Sequence record: NC_048194.1 | Origin: Escherichia phage vB_EcoM_WFH | Reading direction: 5' to 3' (one strand) | DNA: 64,000 nucleotides | Part shown: positions 1 through 9,040 of the stretch, piece by piece | Layout of the letters: every line of letters begins with the position of its first letter | Numbering within the stretch: position 1 is the first letter of the stretch | Notes under the pieces: generated by a model | What the model was told of the DNA's origin: nothing | Seen by the model: the letters and a program-made list of their open reading frames with translations, nothing else | Database searches by the model: none | Position numbers and translations under genes: made by a program

Positions 1-726
1 CAACCAAGCCTGCGCATTATCCCCTGATCCTGTGCCACCCATGGAAGTGGGAACGATATTTTGATCAGCGACTTGTCCGAATCCAAAAGCAGATTTCATG
101 CCCTGAATGGTAGTCTGGCCTGTACCACCATTTGTGACTGGGATTACATCTTTGTCGGTGTATATTCGCACCCAATTAGACCAAGCCGATGATGCAGCGG
201 TGTATCTTCTTTGGTGCAGCGTGTTATTGGAATAAGTTGTATATCTTTGGATGCAACTTTCTGTGGCAACGCCTGTTTGTAGCACCTCAAGAACTCCCGC
301 TTGTTCCACAGGGTAGTTAAGGGGTGCCGATGCGCCAGCATTTGCTGATTGGTGATATTGACCAAACCATGAACCAGTCAACGCATTAAGGTTGATGCCT
401 GAGGGAATCTCTCCAAAGTTTCGGACAGTACCCGTCAAAGTCGCAGCAGTTGTTCGAATGGAAAGTAAATCACCAGCCGCCCATGCACGCGCTGCAGTAC
501 CTTCCTGTGCACGCTGCACGGTCAGGACGTTTCCAACCACGGCTGTTACTGTGACTATTTCAAATTGTAGGCCTGTTGCAGCGTCGACGATTGTCGCCAC
601 TACACGCTCGTTTGCGCCCAAGGTCGGAAAGTCTGACCCTGAGCGAATTGTGATTGTGGTGTCTGAAGTTGTCGTTGGTTGAGCCAGCGCGACCTCAAAG
701 TTGTTTTTGAATATTAGCCTTGGCAT
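1..726 (-). CDS. tail fibre-like protein, N-terminal portion (partial; 3' end lies beyond window start)
   Basis: Hand translation of minus strand from ATG at 726-724 is open to position 1 (242 codons): MPRLIFKNNFEVALAQPTTT...; contains GGTG motifs (VTNGGTGQTT, SMGGTGSGD) and N-terminal pattern recalled from phage tail fibres. Not in ORF track because it is truncated. Confidence 0.5.
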   Translation of the reverse strand, partial: MPRLIFKNNFEVALAQPTTTSDTTITIRSGSDFPTLGANERVVATIVDAATGLQFEIVTVTAVVGNVLTVQRAQEGTAARAWAAGDLLSIRTTAATLTGTVRNFGEIPSGINLNALTGSWFGQYHQSANAGASAPLNYPVEQAGVLEVLQTGVATESCIQRYTTYSNNTLHQRRYTAASSAWSNWVRIYTDKDVIPVTNGGTGQTTIQGMKSAFGFGQVADQNIVPTSMGGTGSGDNAQAWL

Positions 727-764
727 TTTACGGTCCTCGTTTTGTCGACAACCGTATTATAGCC

Positions 765-1106
765 TTAATTTCTTTTGAGAGGAATATGACGGTTGCTGTC
801 ATTATTTGGTTTAATAATGAGCATAAAAACGATTAGAAAGATGATGGCTGATATACTTAATTCAATCAGCGCGGCCTGAGATATGGATTGATCTTCATGA
901 TACTGCTTTTGCATTTCTGCTTTCTTCTGAGCGCAAACTTCAGGCGATATATAATCACCTTTTGAGTTGCCATAATAAATCTCGCCATTTTCAGAAATAA
1001 GTCTGCCGCAAATATCCGTATCGGCCTTTGCACTCGACATCATAATAACGGTGCCGATGATAGCAGCAATTGTCCAGATTAGCAGTTGTGATAAAGTATT
1101 GTTCAT
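765..1106 (-). CDS. small membrane protein (two predicted TM segments)
   Basis: Internal ATG of track ORF 765..1313; product MNNTLSQLLIWTIAAIIGTVIMM... with hydrophobic N- and C-terminal stretches; upstream part of track ORF reads as non-coding and holds a stem-loop. Confidence 0.35.
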   Translation of the reverse strand: MNNTLSQLLIWTIAAIIGTVIMMSSAKADTDICGRLISENGEIYYGNSKGDYISPEVCAQKKAEMQKQYHEDQSISQAALIELSISAIIFLIVFMLIIKPNNDSNRHIPLKRN

Positions 1107-1123
1107 GATAACCTCTTTAAATT

Positions 1124-1144
1124 CCCTTCCCATATCGGGAAGGG
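1124..1144 (-). terminator. intergenic stem-loop (CCCTTCCC/GGGAAGGG), terminator or attenuator-like
   Basis: Inverted repeat cccttccc-atatcg-ggaaggg between minus-strand genes; A/T-rich flank on minus strand. Confidence 0.3.
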
Positions 1145-1302
1145 CGAATGTTATTTTAAGCGAAAGAATAGGCGAGTGCCACACAGAGAGTCCCAACGGC
1201 CTTCGCCGTCCCATATCGACCCAACACCAGCGGTGATTGGGCCAGCAGAATTGGCGGCATTGGCCCAGGCGAGACGTTTTAATTTCCAACTGCACCAACG
1301 AT

Positions 1303-1554
1303 TCACAGTTCATCTCCAGACTTCAAAATTAATCCCGCATAGATTATTGCCAAAGCTAAAGGCGCACCGCCGCCAGCCTCTCTATTCTCTTTGATTTGAA
1401 GAGTATCTTTTAGGAATTGAAGCTGAACGTTGAATTCATTTTCAATTCCAAGCACTCCAGCTAATTCTTTTACAGAATCTGCATATGCCTTGTCTATCAC
1501 TTCTTTTGGCACCGTTAAGGTTAATTCATTTGCCATTTTCTTTCCACTCCACAA
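1303..1554 (-). CDS. hypothetical protein (83 aa)
   Basis: Track ORF in co-directional minus-strand array; no recognisable motif. Confidence 0.35.
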   Translation of the reverse strand: MWSGKKMANELTLTVPKEVIDKAYADSVKELAGVLGIENEFNVQLQFLKDTLQIKENREAGGGAPLALAIIYAGLILKSGDEL

Positions 1555-1747
1555 ATGTACTGCTACTTGTTTCTCTATTTAGCAGGTATCTGCCGCGCAT
1601 TCCACGAAGGCTGAACTCAACCGTCGATGGATTAGATTTTGAAAGCCACATCACTTGACCGTCGAACGGTCCGCCAACGCATGTGTATTTGGCCTTTGGC
1701 TCACTCCTTTTGGGCCTCTTTGCCCGCTCTTTGATTGATAGTCTCAT
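1526..1747 (-). CDS. hypothetical protein (73 aa, basic)
   Basis: Track ORF, overlaps neighbours by few codons as in phage operons. Confidence 0.3.
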   Translation of the reverse strand: MRLSIKERAKRPKRSEPKAKYTCVGGPFDGQVMWLSKSNPSTVEFSLRGMRGRYLLNRETSSSTFVEWKENGK

Positions 1748-1962
1748 CAGTCTTCACCTTGAGATTCAAGACAAGTAAGAACAAGCCACGTCATCGGAAG
1801 AATCAAAACCAGAGAAATAAGTGACCAAATGGACCAACACAAGATGACAGACTTGAATGTATGAACGTCGCCAAACACAGCAGTGAAACAAAATCCCATC
1901 ACGAAAGCAAGCGCGGTGGAGTGGTTGTCAATGGCTTTGATGGCACGGTCGATGAGTTTCAT
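1747..1962 (-). CDS. small membrane protein (holin-like topology, function unproven)
   Basis: 71 aa, two hydrophobic segments (ALAFVMGFCFTAVFG and ILCWSIWSLISLVLILPMTWLVL), short charged C-terminus. Confidence 0.35.
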   Translation of the reverse strand: MKLIDRAIKAIDNHSTALAFVMGFCFTAVFGDVHTFKSVILCWSIWSLISLVLILPMTWLVLTCLESQGED

Positions 1963-2043
1963 ATTACCTCCGGTTTTGAGTTAATATGATTATAACGCAG
2001 AGTTTCAGAAAGGCAAACTTTTTGTGAATTTAAATTAAAAAAA

Positions 2044-2064
2044 TGGCCAGATTATTTCTGGCCA
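2044..2064. other. stem-loop TGGCCAG-n7-CTGGCCA flanked by A-run, in divergent intergenic region
   Basis: Perfect 7-bp inverted repeat with A7 upstream on plus strand (U-tract on minus-strand reading). Confidence 0.3.
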
Positions 2065-2109
2065 AAAGATCACCCTTTATCCACTACTAAGCTGGAATCA
2101 CAATTTTAC

Positions 2110-2139
2110 TTGATATAGCTGTCGCAAGCAAACTATAAT
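2110..2139 (+). promoter_or_regulatory. sigma70-like promoter (TTGATA-18-TATAAT)
   Basis: Near-consensus -35 and -10 hexamers with 18-bp spacer; the -10 abuts the annotated ATG at 2140, so the true terminase start may be the downstream Met at 2173. Confidence 0.45.
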
Positions 2140-3600
2140 ATGAATAAAATATTAACACATAATTGGAAAGTCATGTACCAGTTGAATCCTGCTTTAAGAG
2201 AAGTCTGGAAGACGAAAGCGCGATACAAAGTCATATACGGCGGTCGTGCATCTTCCAAATCGCACGATGCCGCTGGTTTTGCTATTTATTTGGCGGCAAA
2301 CTTCAAATTAAAATTCCTTTGCGTTCGACAATTCCAGAACAAGATTTCTGAATCAGTATATACGCTATTAAAAGATAAAATAGAGATTTCTGATTTTAAA
2401 GACGAGTTCAACTTATTAAAAAACTCTATTGAACACAAAAGAACAAAATCTGAATTTTTATTTTACGGTATCGCACGCAACGTTGACGAAATCAAATCAA
2501 CAGAAGGTGTTGATGTTCTTTGGCTTGAAGAAGCGCATGCACTGACTGAAGAGCAATGGGACATTATTGAGCCGACAATTCGTAAGGAAGGGTCCGAAAT
2601 ATGGATCATATTTAACCCTGATGAAGAGGCTGATTTCGTCTACCAGAACTTTGTTATGCGACCGCCGAAAAATGCCATCGTTAAGAAGATTAACTGGCAG
2701 GACAATCCATTCTTGTCGCAAACAATGCTGGATGTTATCGCTGGCATGTATGAGCGCGACCCGAAAAAGGCAGAACACGTTTATGGCGGAGTGCCGAAGA
2801 CAGGTGGCGATAAGTCGGTCATCAACCGTGCATTCGTCAAAGCCGCGCTAAACCTCCACAAACACCCTACGCTGGGATGGAGCTTGTCAGGGTCTAACCG
2901 TATAGGCTTCGACGTGGCGGACGACGGCGACGACTTAAACGCCACAGCGTTTGTCACAGGCAACGTATTACGTGGCATCAAGACATGGGAAGGTCTGGAA
3001 GATGAATTGCTTAAGTCCGCAAGCGGAGTCTGGAAAGACGCATTGACATTCGGCGCATCAATCACCTATGACGCCATCGGTGTTGGTGCATTTGCTGGTT
3101 CAAAATTTGATGAGCTTAATGAGTATGCAATCCATGAAAATCCAACATTCCCAAGAATCGAATTTAATGCGTTCAACGCGCAAGGTGCTGTTGATGATCC
3201 TGATGACGTCTTCCTTGAGTTACCACACGTTGAAATACTCAATAAAGACCATTTCGCAAACATAAAAGCGCAAAAATGGACTGAGATTGCCGAACGATTC
3301 AGAAAGACATATGAGTATGCGACAGGGCAAGCCGTATATCCGACCGATGAGTTGATTTCCATCGACACAGACGGCATCCCAGAACTTGGTATTCCCGCTT
3401 GGTCTGCGGAAGAAATTGAGACGTTTCTTTTTGAGATGTCAGCACCGCGCAAAGACACGTCTGTACTTGGCAAGTTCAAAGTTGAATCGAAAAAGGATAT
3501 GGCAAAGCGTGGAGTCAAATCGCCTAACAAAGCGGACGCAGCAATCATGGCATTGATGAAACCAATTGTTGCAGCATCCGGCTTCTTCTCTAACCTTTAA
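2140..3600 (+). CDS. terL: terminase large subunit
   Basis: 486 aa; N-terminal ATPase Walker A-like KVIYGGRASSKSHDAAGF, Walker B-like VDVLWLEEAH, C-terminal nuclease-like region; first large gene of the morphogenesis block. Confidence 0.85.
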   Translation: MNKILTHNWKVMYQLNPALREVWKTKARYKVIYGGRASSKSHDAAGFAIYLAANFKLKFLCVRQFQNKISESVYTLLKDKIEISDFKDEFNLLKNSIEHKRTKSEFLFYGIARNVDEIKSTEGVDVLWLEEAHALTEEQWDIIEPTIRKEGSEIWIIFNPDEEADFVYQNFVMRPPKNAIVKKINWQDNPFLSQTMLDVIAGMYERDPKKAEHVYGGVPKTGGDKSVINRAFVKAALNLHKHPTLGWSLSGSNRIGFDVADDGDDLNATAFVTGNVLRGIKTWEGLEDELLKSASGVWKDALTFGASITYDAIGVGAFAGSKFDELNEYAIHENPTFPRIEFNAFNAQGAVDDPDDVFLELPHVEILNKDHFANIKAQKWTEIAERFRKTYEYATGQAVYPTDELISIDTDGIPELGIPAWSAEEIETFLFEMSAPRKDTSVLGKFKVESKKDMAKRGVKSPNKADAAIMALMKPIVAASGFFSNL

Positions 3601-3603
3601 CAA

Positions 3604-3843
3604 TTAAAGCATTCCGTGCTGAAGGTCGAGCTTTCTTGCGGCAAACGACCTGGCACGGAATCGCTTACCCGCCCTTACTGCCTGTCGAATTTTCTTTTGC
3701 AAACACTTACGGTCAAAATCGTTGCGGTCGACGGCTTCGAGTAAATCGCGACGCAGTGCACCCAGTGTCGACTTTTCGGAGACTTCAACGCCCAGCGCGG
3801 CTGCAACATCTTTCAAAACATCGAGTTCGGTTAAAGTTCTCAT
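3604..3843 (-). CDS. hypothetical protein with Rho-N/SAP-like N-terminal helix motif
   Basis: 79 aa, MRTLTELDVLKDVAAALGVEV... resembles Rho_N-type helix-extended-helix; basic C-terminus; opposite strand to flanking terL/portal. Confidence 0.4.
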   Translation of the reverse strand: MRTLTELDVLKDVAAALGVEVSEKSTLGALRRDLLEAVDRNDFDRKCLQKKIRQAVRAGKRFRARSFAARKLDLQHGML

Positions 3844-4256
3844 TTGATAATCCCCTTGATGTCTGATTCTGCCATAAAGATTGGAGTGCCGCCGCCAGGA
3901 ACAATCGAGCGCGTGACCTTGTCAAACATATCGTTTTCTTCAACTTGAATACGATAAAATTTATTTTTGGATGAAGATGGGCACAATCCCATAAATTTGC
4001 CGATGCCGCGAACGCATTCATCTTCAAAGTATACTGTTTCACCTTGAATGGAGTCGATGTCGTCTACTGGATAGACCTTGCGACCCAATAGCCACTCATC
4101 CAAAGTCGCCTGCAAGACGTTGCGCGCATCTAAAATCCACGGGTCAATAGTAGCACCTTCATATCGCGCAGCAGTGGCCTTTGCCAGTTCTTCATATTCG
4201 CATACGTTAACGACTTCGCCGTTGTGCAAGACGACAAATACAATTGTTGTGCTCAT
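3840..4256 (-). CDS. hypothetical protein (138 aa)
   Basis: Track ORF with ATG start, overlapping stop of downstream gene (operon pair); no recognised motif. Confidence 0.4.
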   Translation of the reverse strand: MSTTIVFVVLHNGEVVNVCEYEELAKATAARYEGATIDPWILDARNVLQATLDEWLLGRKVYPVDDIDSIQGETVYFEDECVRGIGKFMGLCPSSSKNKFYRIQVEENDMFDKVTRSIVPGGGTPIFMAESDIKGIIK

Positions 4257-4418
4257 TTCAATCTCCTTTCGTTTGGTTAACTAAAATATAACTCAAAATG
4301 ATACAAAAGCAAAATATTTTATGAACTATTTATGATCACCATACATATCATTTGCTTACAAACACATGAATATTTATAATATAGATTGATTCCCTTTCAC
4401 TGTCAGGTGGCGTTAACA

Positions 4419-6794
4419 ATGAAAATTCTTGGCATAAAACTCTGGGAGAAGACGCAACCAGAAGCCGAACCAGCGGAGATGCCGCCAGGCGACCCATTGG
4501 CACCGTTTGAACGCCTTGAAAGGCGCGGCAGCGGTCAACGCTGGGAAAAGACTGAAAGCAATCGACCGACCTTTAAAACGGTTGATGACTTCCCTTTATA
4601 TGAGCCTGATATTAATGGCGATGGTGTTGCAATCATAAAAGGTCGTTCAGTCGATTCCGCAACAGTATCCAAAAAGGTTATGGATAATGCCTTAAAGAAC
4701 ATCAGTTCAGAAGGGCAAGTCAACCCATACACAGTACCTATTCAACTTCAAAACTGGTATTTGTCACAGTCATTCATCGGCTATCAAGCTTGTGCCATCA
4801 TCGCACAGCATTGGCTGGTGAACAAGGCATGTTCCATGGTAGGCCGCGATGCGGTCCGTAAAGGTTGGGAAGTCAAATCCAGTTCTGAGTCAGAATTGTC
4901 AGTACAGGCAAGCGAACGCCTAAAGCAAATTGATAAAGAATTTAATATCAAAGAGCACTTAGTTGAAGCCGAACGATTCAAAAATATTTTTGGTATCCGC
5001 GTCATCATATTTGATGTGCGTAGCGATGACCCAGAATATTACAGCAAGCCTTTTAACATTGATGGCGTGACAAAGGGGTCTTATAAGGGAATCATTCAGG
5101 TTGACCCTTATTGGATGATGCCGTTTCTGACGTCTGAAAACACCGCCGACCCTGCATCACAGCACTTCTATGATCCAGAATACTGGGTGATCAGCGGACA
5201 ACGTTATCATCGCAGCCACCTAATCATCTTGCGCAATGATGAGCCAGCTGATATTCTCAAGCCAACTTATATTTACGGCGGCATTCCTCTGACTCAGCAG
5301 ATTTATGAACGCATCTATGCCGCTGAACGTACCGCTAACGAAGCGCCATTGCTGGCAATGTCCAAGCGTACAACCACGCTGCGGACAGACGTTGACAAGG
5401 CGATTGCCAATGAGCGGTCTTTTGCAGAACGTCTGATGATGTGGATCAAGTACCGCGACAACTATGCAGTCAAAGTGCTTGGCCAAAAAGAAGAGATGGA
5501 CCAGTTTGACATTAACTTGTCAGACTTCGACAGCATCATCATGAACCAGTACCAGCTTGTGGCCGCAATCGCAAAAGTTCCGTCGACCAAACTGCTTGGG
5601 ACTTCGCCAAAAGGCTTTAACGCCACTGGTGAATTCGAGATGGTCAGCTATCACGAAGAGTTGGAAACGTGCCAGCAGCATGACCTGACAAAAATTCTCG
5701 ACCGCCATTACAAAATCCTTCTCAAATCAGAAGGGGTGGATGTCGATGTTAAGGTTGCATGGGAACCAGTTGGCTCACTTACTGCTACTCAACTTGCAGA
5801 AATCAATGATAAGCGAGCCAACACTGGCAAAACTCTTATTGATGCTGGCGTCATTTCTCCTGATGAAGAGCGCGACCGCATCAAAGACGACAAAAACAGC
5901 GGCTACAACCGTCTGCCGGAAGACGCAGCAGAAGAAACCCCAGGGATGTCTCCAGAGAATATGGCATTGCTTGGCAAGTCTGCTGGTGAAGTCCTGCAAG
6001 GTAAGGCCGATATTGAACAGGCGAAAGCTGATGTCGTTAAGATGGGCGGCCAGTTCTATAGCGAAACAGGTATTATGCCAGAGGGTGCCGCGCGTGGTGA
6101 GTTGGCGGAAAACCCTGACAAAGCGCCTGTCGAAATCAACATGGACGATACCGATGATGAATCAAGCCATCAGGTTGATGTCCTAACGCAGTTGAAAGAA
6201 GGGCTGGAGGGTATTGCGGATTACTACCTGAAAGAAGGTCAGGATGTGGATTTTGACCCTCAAAAAGATTCACGGTCGGTGCAACCGTCTACCCTTCCAA
6301 GCGTTAAAGGACACGTCGTCAACTTACGCCACAACGTGGGTAAAATGGACGCAGCATCATTACCTAAGATGAAGTTGCACGGAATGATTCTTGGCATTGA
6401 GAATCCGCGAAACAGCATTCGTAGAGGAAACAGCCTTGACGGTGAATGGGCCGTGAAGATGCCGCACCACTACGGATTCATCAAGGGCACCAAGGGCGCA
6501 GACGGTGATGAAGTCGACTGCTTTGTGGGTCCAAATCTGAAGTCGCCGAAAGTCTTTATCGTGAACCAAAACGATAACTACTCTGGCGAGTTTGATGAAC
6601 ACAAGTGTATGCTTGGATTCGATTCAGCAGAAGAAGCGAAAGAAGCTTATCAAGCATCATTTGGTAACGGTTGGAACGGATTCGACTCAATCCACGAATT
6701 AGATGTGAACTCATTCAAGGAGTGGTTGAAGGGTGATTGCTCTCAAGCATACGGAGCACTCAATAATCCTACTAATTCACCGAAGCAAGGTTGA
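4419..6794 (+). CDS. putative portal protein with C-terminal inorganic-pyrophosphatase-like domain
   Basis: ATG at 4419 with RBS aggtgg (track start 4386 is TTG). Position immediately after terL and size suggest portal; C-terminal ~120 aa carry DGDEVDC (PPase signature pattern) and GFDSAEEAKEAYQASF resembling E. coli Ppa C-terminus. Confidence 0.55.
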   Translation: MKILGIKLWEKTQPEAEPAEMPPGDPLAPFERLERRGSGQRWEKTESNRPTFKTVDDFPLYEPDINGDGVAIIKGRSVDSATVSKKVMDNALKNISSEGQVNPYTVPIQLQNWYLSQSFIGYQACAIIAQHWLVNKACSMVGRDAVRKGWEVKSSSESELSVQASERLKQIDKEFNIKEHLVEAERFKNIFGIRVIIFDVRSDDPEYYSKPFNIDGVTKGSYKGIIQVDPYWMMPFLTSENTADPASQHFYDPEYWVISGQRYHRSHLIILRNDEPADILKPTYIYGGIPLTQQIYERIYAAERTANEAPLLAMSKRTTTLRTDVDKAIANERSFAERLMMWIKYRDNYAVKVLGQKEEMDQFDINLSDFDSIIMNQYQLVAAIAKVPSTKLLGTSPKGFNATGEFEMVSYHEELETCQQHDLTKILDRHYKILLKSEGVDVDVKVAWEPVGSLTATQLAEINDKRANTGKTLIDAGVISPDEERDRIKDDKNSGYNRLPEDAAEETPGMSPENMALLGKSAGEVLQGKADIEQAKADVVKMGGQFYSETGIMPEGAARGELAENPDKAPVEINMDDTDDESSHQVDVLTQLKEGLEGIADYYLKEGQDVDFDPQKDSRSVQPSTLPSVKGHVVNLRHNVGKMDAASLPKMKLHGMILGIENPRNSIRRGNSLDGEWAVKMPHHYGFIKGTKGADGDEVDCFVGPNLKSPKVFIVNQNDNYSGEFDEHKCMLGFDSAEEAKEAYQASFGNGWNGFDSIHELDVNSFKEWLKGDCSQAYGALNNPTNSPKQG

Positions 6795-6795
6795 T

Positions 6796-7647
6796 ATGGC
6801 TTTTAAAGCTTCGAAAAAACGTGAACGCCGCTCACCCGATAGAATCGGGCGCGGCAGTCCGATAATCCCATCAAACGCTATTGCGATGGCCTACCGTCGT
6901 GAGATGAAAGGTCTTTGCTATGCGATGATTGATGACTATCAGGCAGGAATTTCAGAGTGGCTTGAAAAGAAGCAGGTGCAGAAGTTCTTTGCGCAAGACT
7001 CTGCTGATTCAACATTCCAAACTCTTATGAAACGTCTGCAGCTGAAATGGGCAAAGGCGTTTGCTCGTGTTGGGTCGAAGATTGCCGCTGATTTTATCAA
7101 GTCGGTTGAAAAGGGTGCTACTTCTGCTACATTCGCCAGCCTTAAGTCCGCAGGCATAGAAGCGCCAAAGGCCACATATAACAAATTCGTTGAGAACACT
7201 CTTAGAACAAGCGAGACGTTTAACACGACTCTAGTGACTAAGGTCGGCGAGGATATTCACAACAGAGTGTACGAAGCAGTCATGCTTTCGCTGACTTCGC
7301 CCGACCCAGCCCAGCAAGGCACGTCAGGCATTCAGGCGGCGCTGCGAAACGTAAAACACTTCTCTGCAAAGAGAGTCGACTTAATCGCTAAAGACCAGAC
7401 AAGCAAATTGTATTGCGTTCTAAGCGATGAAAGGATGCGCCAGAATGGAGTTGAAGAATTTGAATGGGCGCACTCAGGAGCAGGAAAGGAGCCGCGAATC
7501 TCTCATGAACATGTCGACGGAATGAGATTCAAACTTGATGACAAGCGTCTATGGGAAGTGGGCGGAGAGTTGAAGTTCAAAAAGGGTGACATCGGTCCTC
7601 CTGGATGGGCGATACACTGCAAGTGCAGAAAAATACCAATCATTTGA
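6796..7647 (+). CDS. head morphogenesis protein (Mu gpF / SPP1 gp7-like)
   Basis: ATG at 6796 directly after portal stop (track start 6733 is an upstream GTG overlapping portal); C-terminal ...GPPGWAIHCKCRK motif typical of MuF-like family. Confidence 0.6.
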   Translation: MAFKASKKRERRSPDRIGRGSPIIPSNAIAMAYRREMKGLCYAMIDDYQAGISEWLEKKQVQKFFAQDSADSTFQTLMKRLQLKWAKAFARVGSKIAADFIKSVEKGATSATFASLKSAGIEAPKATYNKFVENTLRTSETFNTTLVTKVGEDIHNRVYEAVMLSLTSPDPAQQGTSGIQAALRNVKHFSAKRVDLIAKDQTSKLYCVLSDERMRQNGVEEFEWAHSGAGKEPRISHEHVDGMRFKLDDKRLWEVGGELKFKKGDIGPPGWAIHCKCRKIPII

Positions 7648-7654
7648 GGTCATT

Positions 7655-8575
7655 ATGACGATACCAATCAGCACGTTTCCTCTATCTGGACAAACGCCAG
7701 TATTGCCTGCTGTATATGCTAACGGTTTGGCGATTGTTTCGGAATTCACATCCGATAAAAACCTGATTGTTCCATTGAGTCCGCCATTGGCGTCTGGATA
7801 CAATTCAGTTGGCCAGTTCTTTATGATCGGTAATGATGGCGATTCTACCAGCAAGCCGAATCTGACACTTTCAGTTCCCAAAATGAACATAACAGACGTG
7901 CAGACTGGTTTAACTGCATCTACGATCACCATCGCTTTTGGAGAAGCAGTGATTATAGGCATGGAGTCTGGAGGGTCCAATAATGCTGTCGCCGTTAAGG
8001 TAGTCAAATCCAGCAGCAACCAATACACACTACCAGCGGCAACGGCTTCTATTCTCGGCGGCGTCAAAATAGGAAGTGGCATAAGCGTTGCAGGTGACGG
8101 TACAATTAGTGTGACTCAATACTCATTACCGATTGCATCAGCATCAACCTTGGGTGGCATAAAGGTAGGAACGACACTATCAATTGATGGTTCTGGCGTC
8201 CTTAATGCTGCTGCAAGTACTGTGCAGAACGCAAGCAACAGCGTAAGCAATCCTCCGACAACTCTGGTGAATCTGGCAACCTTAAACCTGCCTGCAGGGA
8301 AATGGCTTGTGACAGCAAGTCAGTTGACTGTCGCGACAGCAGGAGTTCAAGCGAATACCGGAATTACAGTCAAACTGTCAACAAGTAATTCAGATATTAC
8401 GGATGATGCATTTACAATGTCAGCTGGAATTCGGGCTGCAGGTCGTTTCGGCGGCAATATTCCAACAAAGATAATTACCCTTGCCGCGCCTGGCAACGTG
8501 TATCTAAACTATCAATGCACAGACGCATTGACATCTACCGTTTACGGACAGATCACCGCAATTAAGTTGAACTAA
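7655..8575 (+). CDS. virion structural protein with fibre-like internal repeats
   Basis: ATG at 7655 with RBS gagg; repeated ...ASILGGVKIGSGISV.. / ..ASTLGGIKVGTTLSI.. units, Ser/Thr/Gly-rich. Confidence 0.45.
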   Translation: MTIPISTFPLSGQTPVLPAVYANGLAIVSEFTSDKNLIVPLSPPLASGYNSVGQFFMIGNDGDSTSKPNLTLSVPKMNITDVQTGLTASTITIAFGEAVIIGMESGGSNNAVAVKVVKSSSNQYTLPAATASILGGVKIGSGISVAGDGTISVTQYSLPIASASTLGGIKVGTTLSIDGSGVLNAAASTVQNASNSVSNPPTTLVNLATLNLPAGKWLVTASQLTVATAGVQANTGITVKLSTSNSDITDDAFTMSAGIRAAGRFGGNIPTKIITLAAPGNVYLNYQCTDALTSTVYGQITAIKLN

Positions 8576-8585
8576 AGAGGAAGTT

Positions 8586-8723
8586 ATGCAAAAGATTATT
8601 CAGTCACGTTACGTTAAAGTGCGAAATATTAATTGCAACTCTTTGCTTTCTTGGAAATGGGCTGTTTACGACTCGATGCTGATTGGCGTTTTAGTTGCTG
8701 GAGTGCTTTTTAATATTCACTGA
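8586..8723 (+). CDS. small hydrophobic ORF (45 aa)
   Basis: Good RBS aaagaggaa upstream of ATG; product MQKIIQSRYVKVRNINCNSLLSWKWAVYDSMLIGVLVAGVLFNIH; below track size cutoff. Confidence 0.25.
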   Translation: MQKIIQSRYVKVRNINCNSLLSWKWAVYDSMLIGVLVAGVLFNIH

Positions 8724-8756
8724 ATCGCCTGGCAATGGATTGCCGCAGGATTTTAC

Positions 8757-9040
8757 GCGTATAATGACGTATCATCCGTATCAAGTAAGTAGTTGTTTTC
8801 AAAAGAATCTTACGGATGATACGGATGATACGCGTTGCCGCGATACTTTATAGGAATTCAAATAAATTAATTTAAAATTATATATCTAATTTAATTTTAT
8901 TTTTTTATAAACTCTTATATATGAAAAGTATCCGTATCATCCGTATCATCCGTAGCACACCAGTGATAGCGCGGCTTATACACCGATACGGATAAAAATA
9001 CGCCTCATTTTATCCGTATCATCCGTATCACACTAATTAA
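8757..9040. repeat. iteron module copy A: tandem/inverted 9-mers (CCGTATCAT / TTATCCGTA) flanking an AT-rich spacer
   Basis: gcgtataatgacgta..., cttacggatgatacggatgatacgcg, ~90-bp AT-rich tract, then tccgtatcatccgtatcatccgta and ttatccgtatcatccgtatca; 45-bp core nearly identical (2 mismatches) to 60229-60273. Confidence 0.7.

Noticed and set aside
392-682. Plus-strand track ORF (96 aa)
   Set aside because: Antisense to the hand-verified tail-fibre-like ORF on the minus strand; Ala/Val/Thr-rich composition typical of antisense frames.
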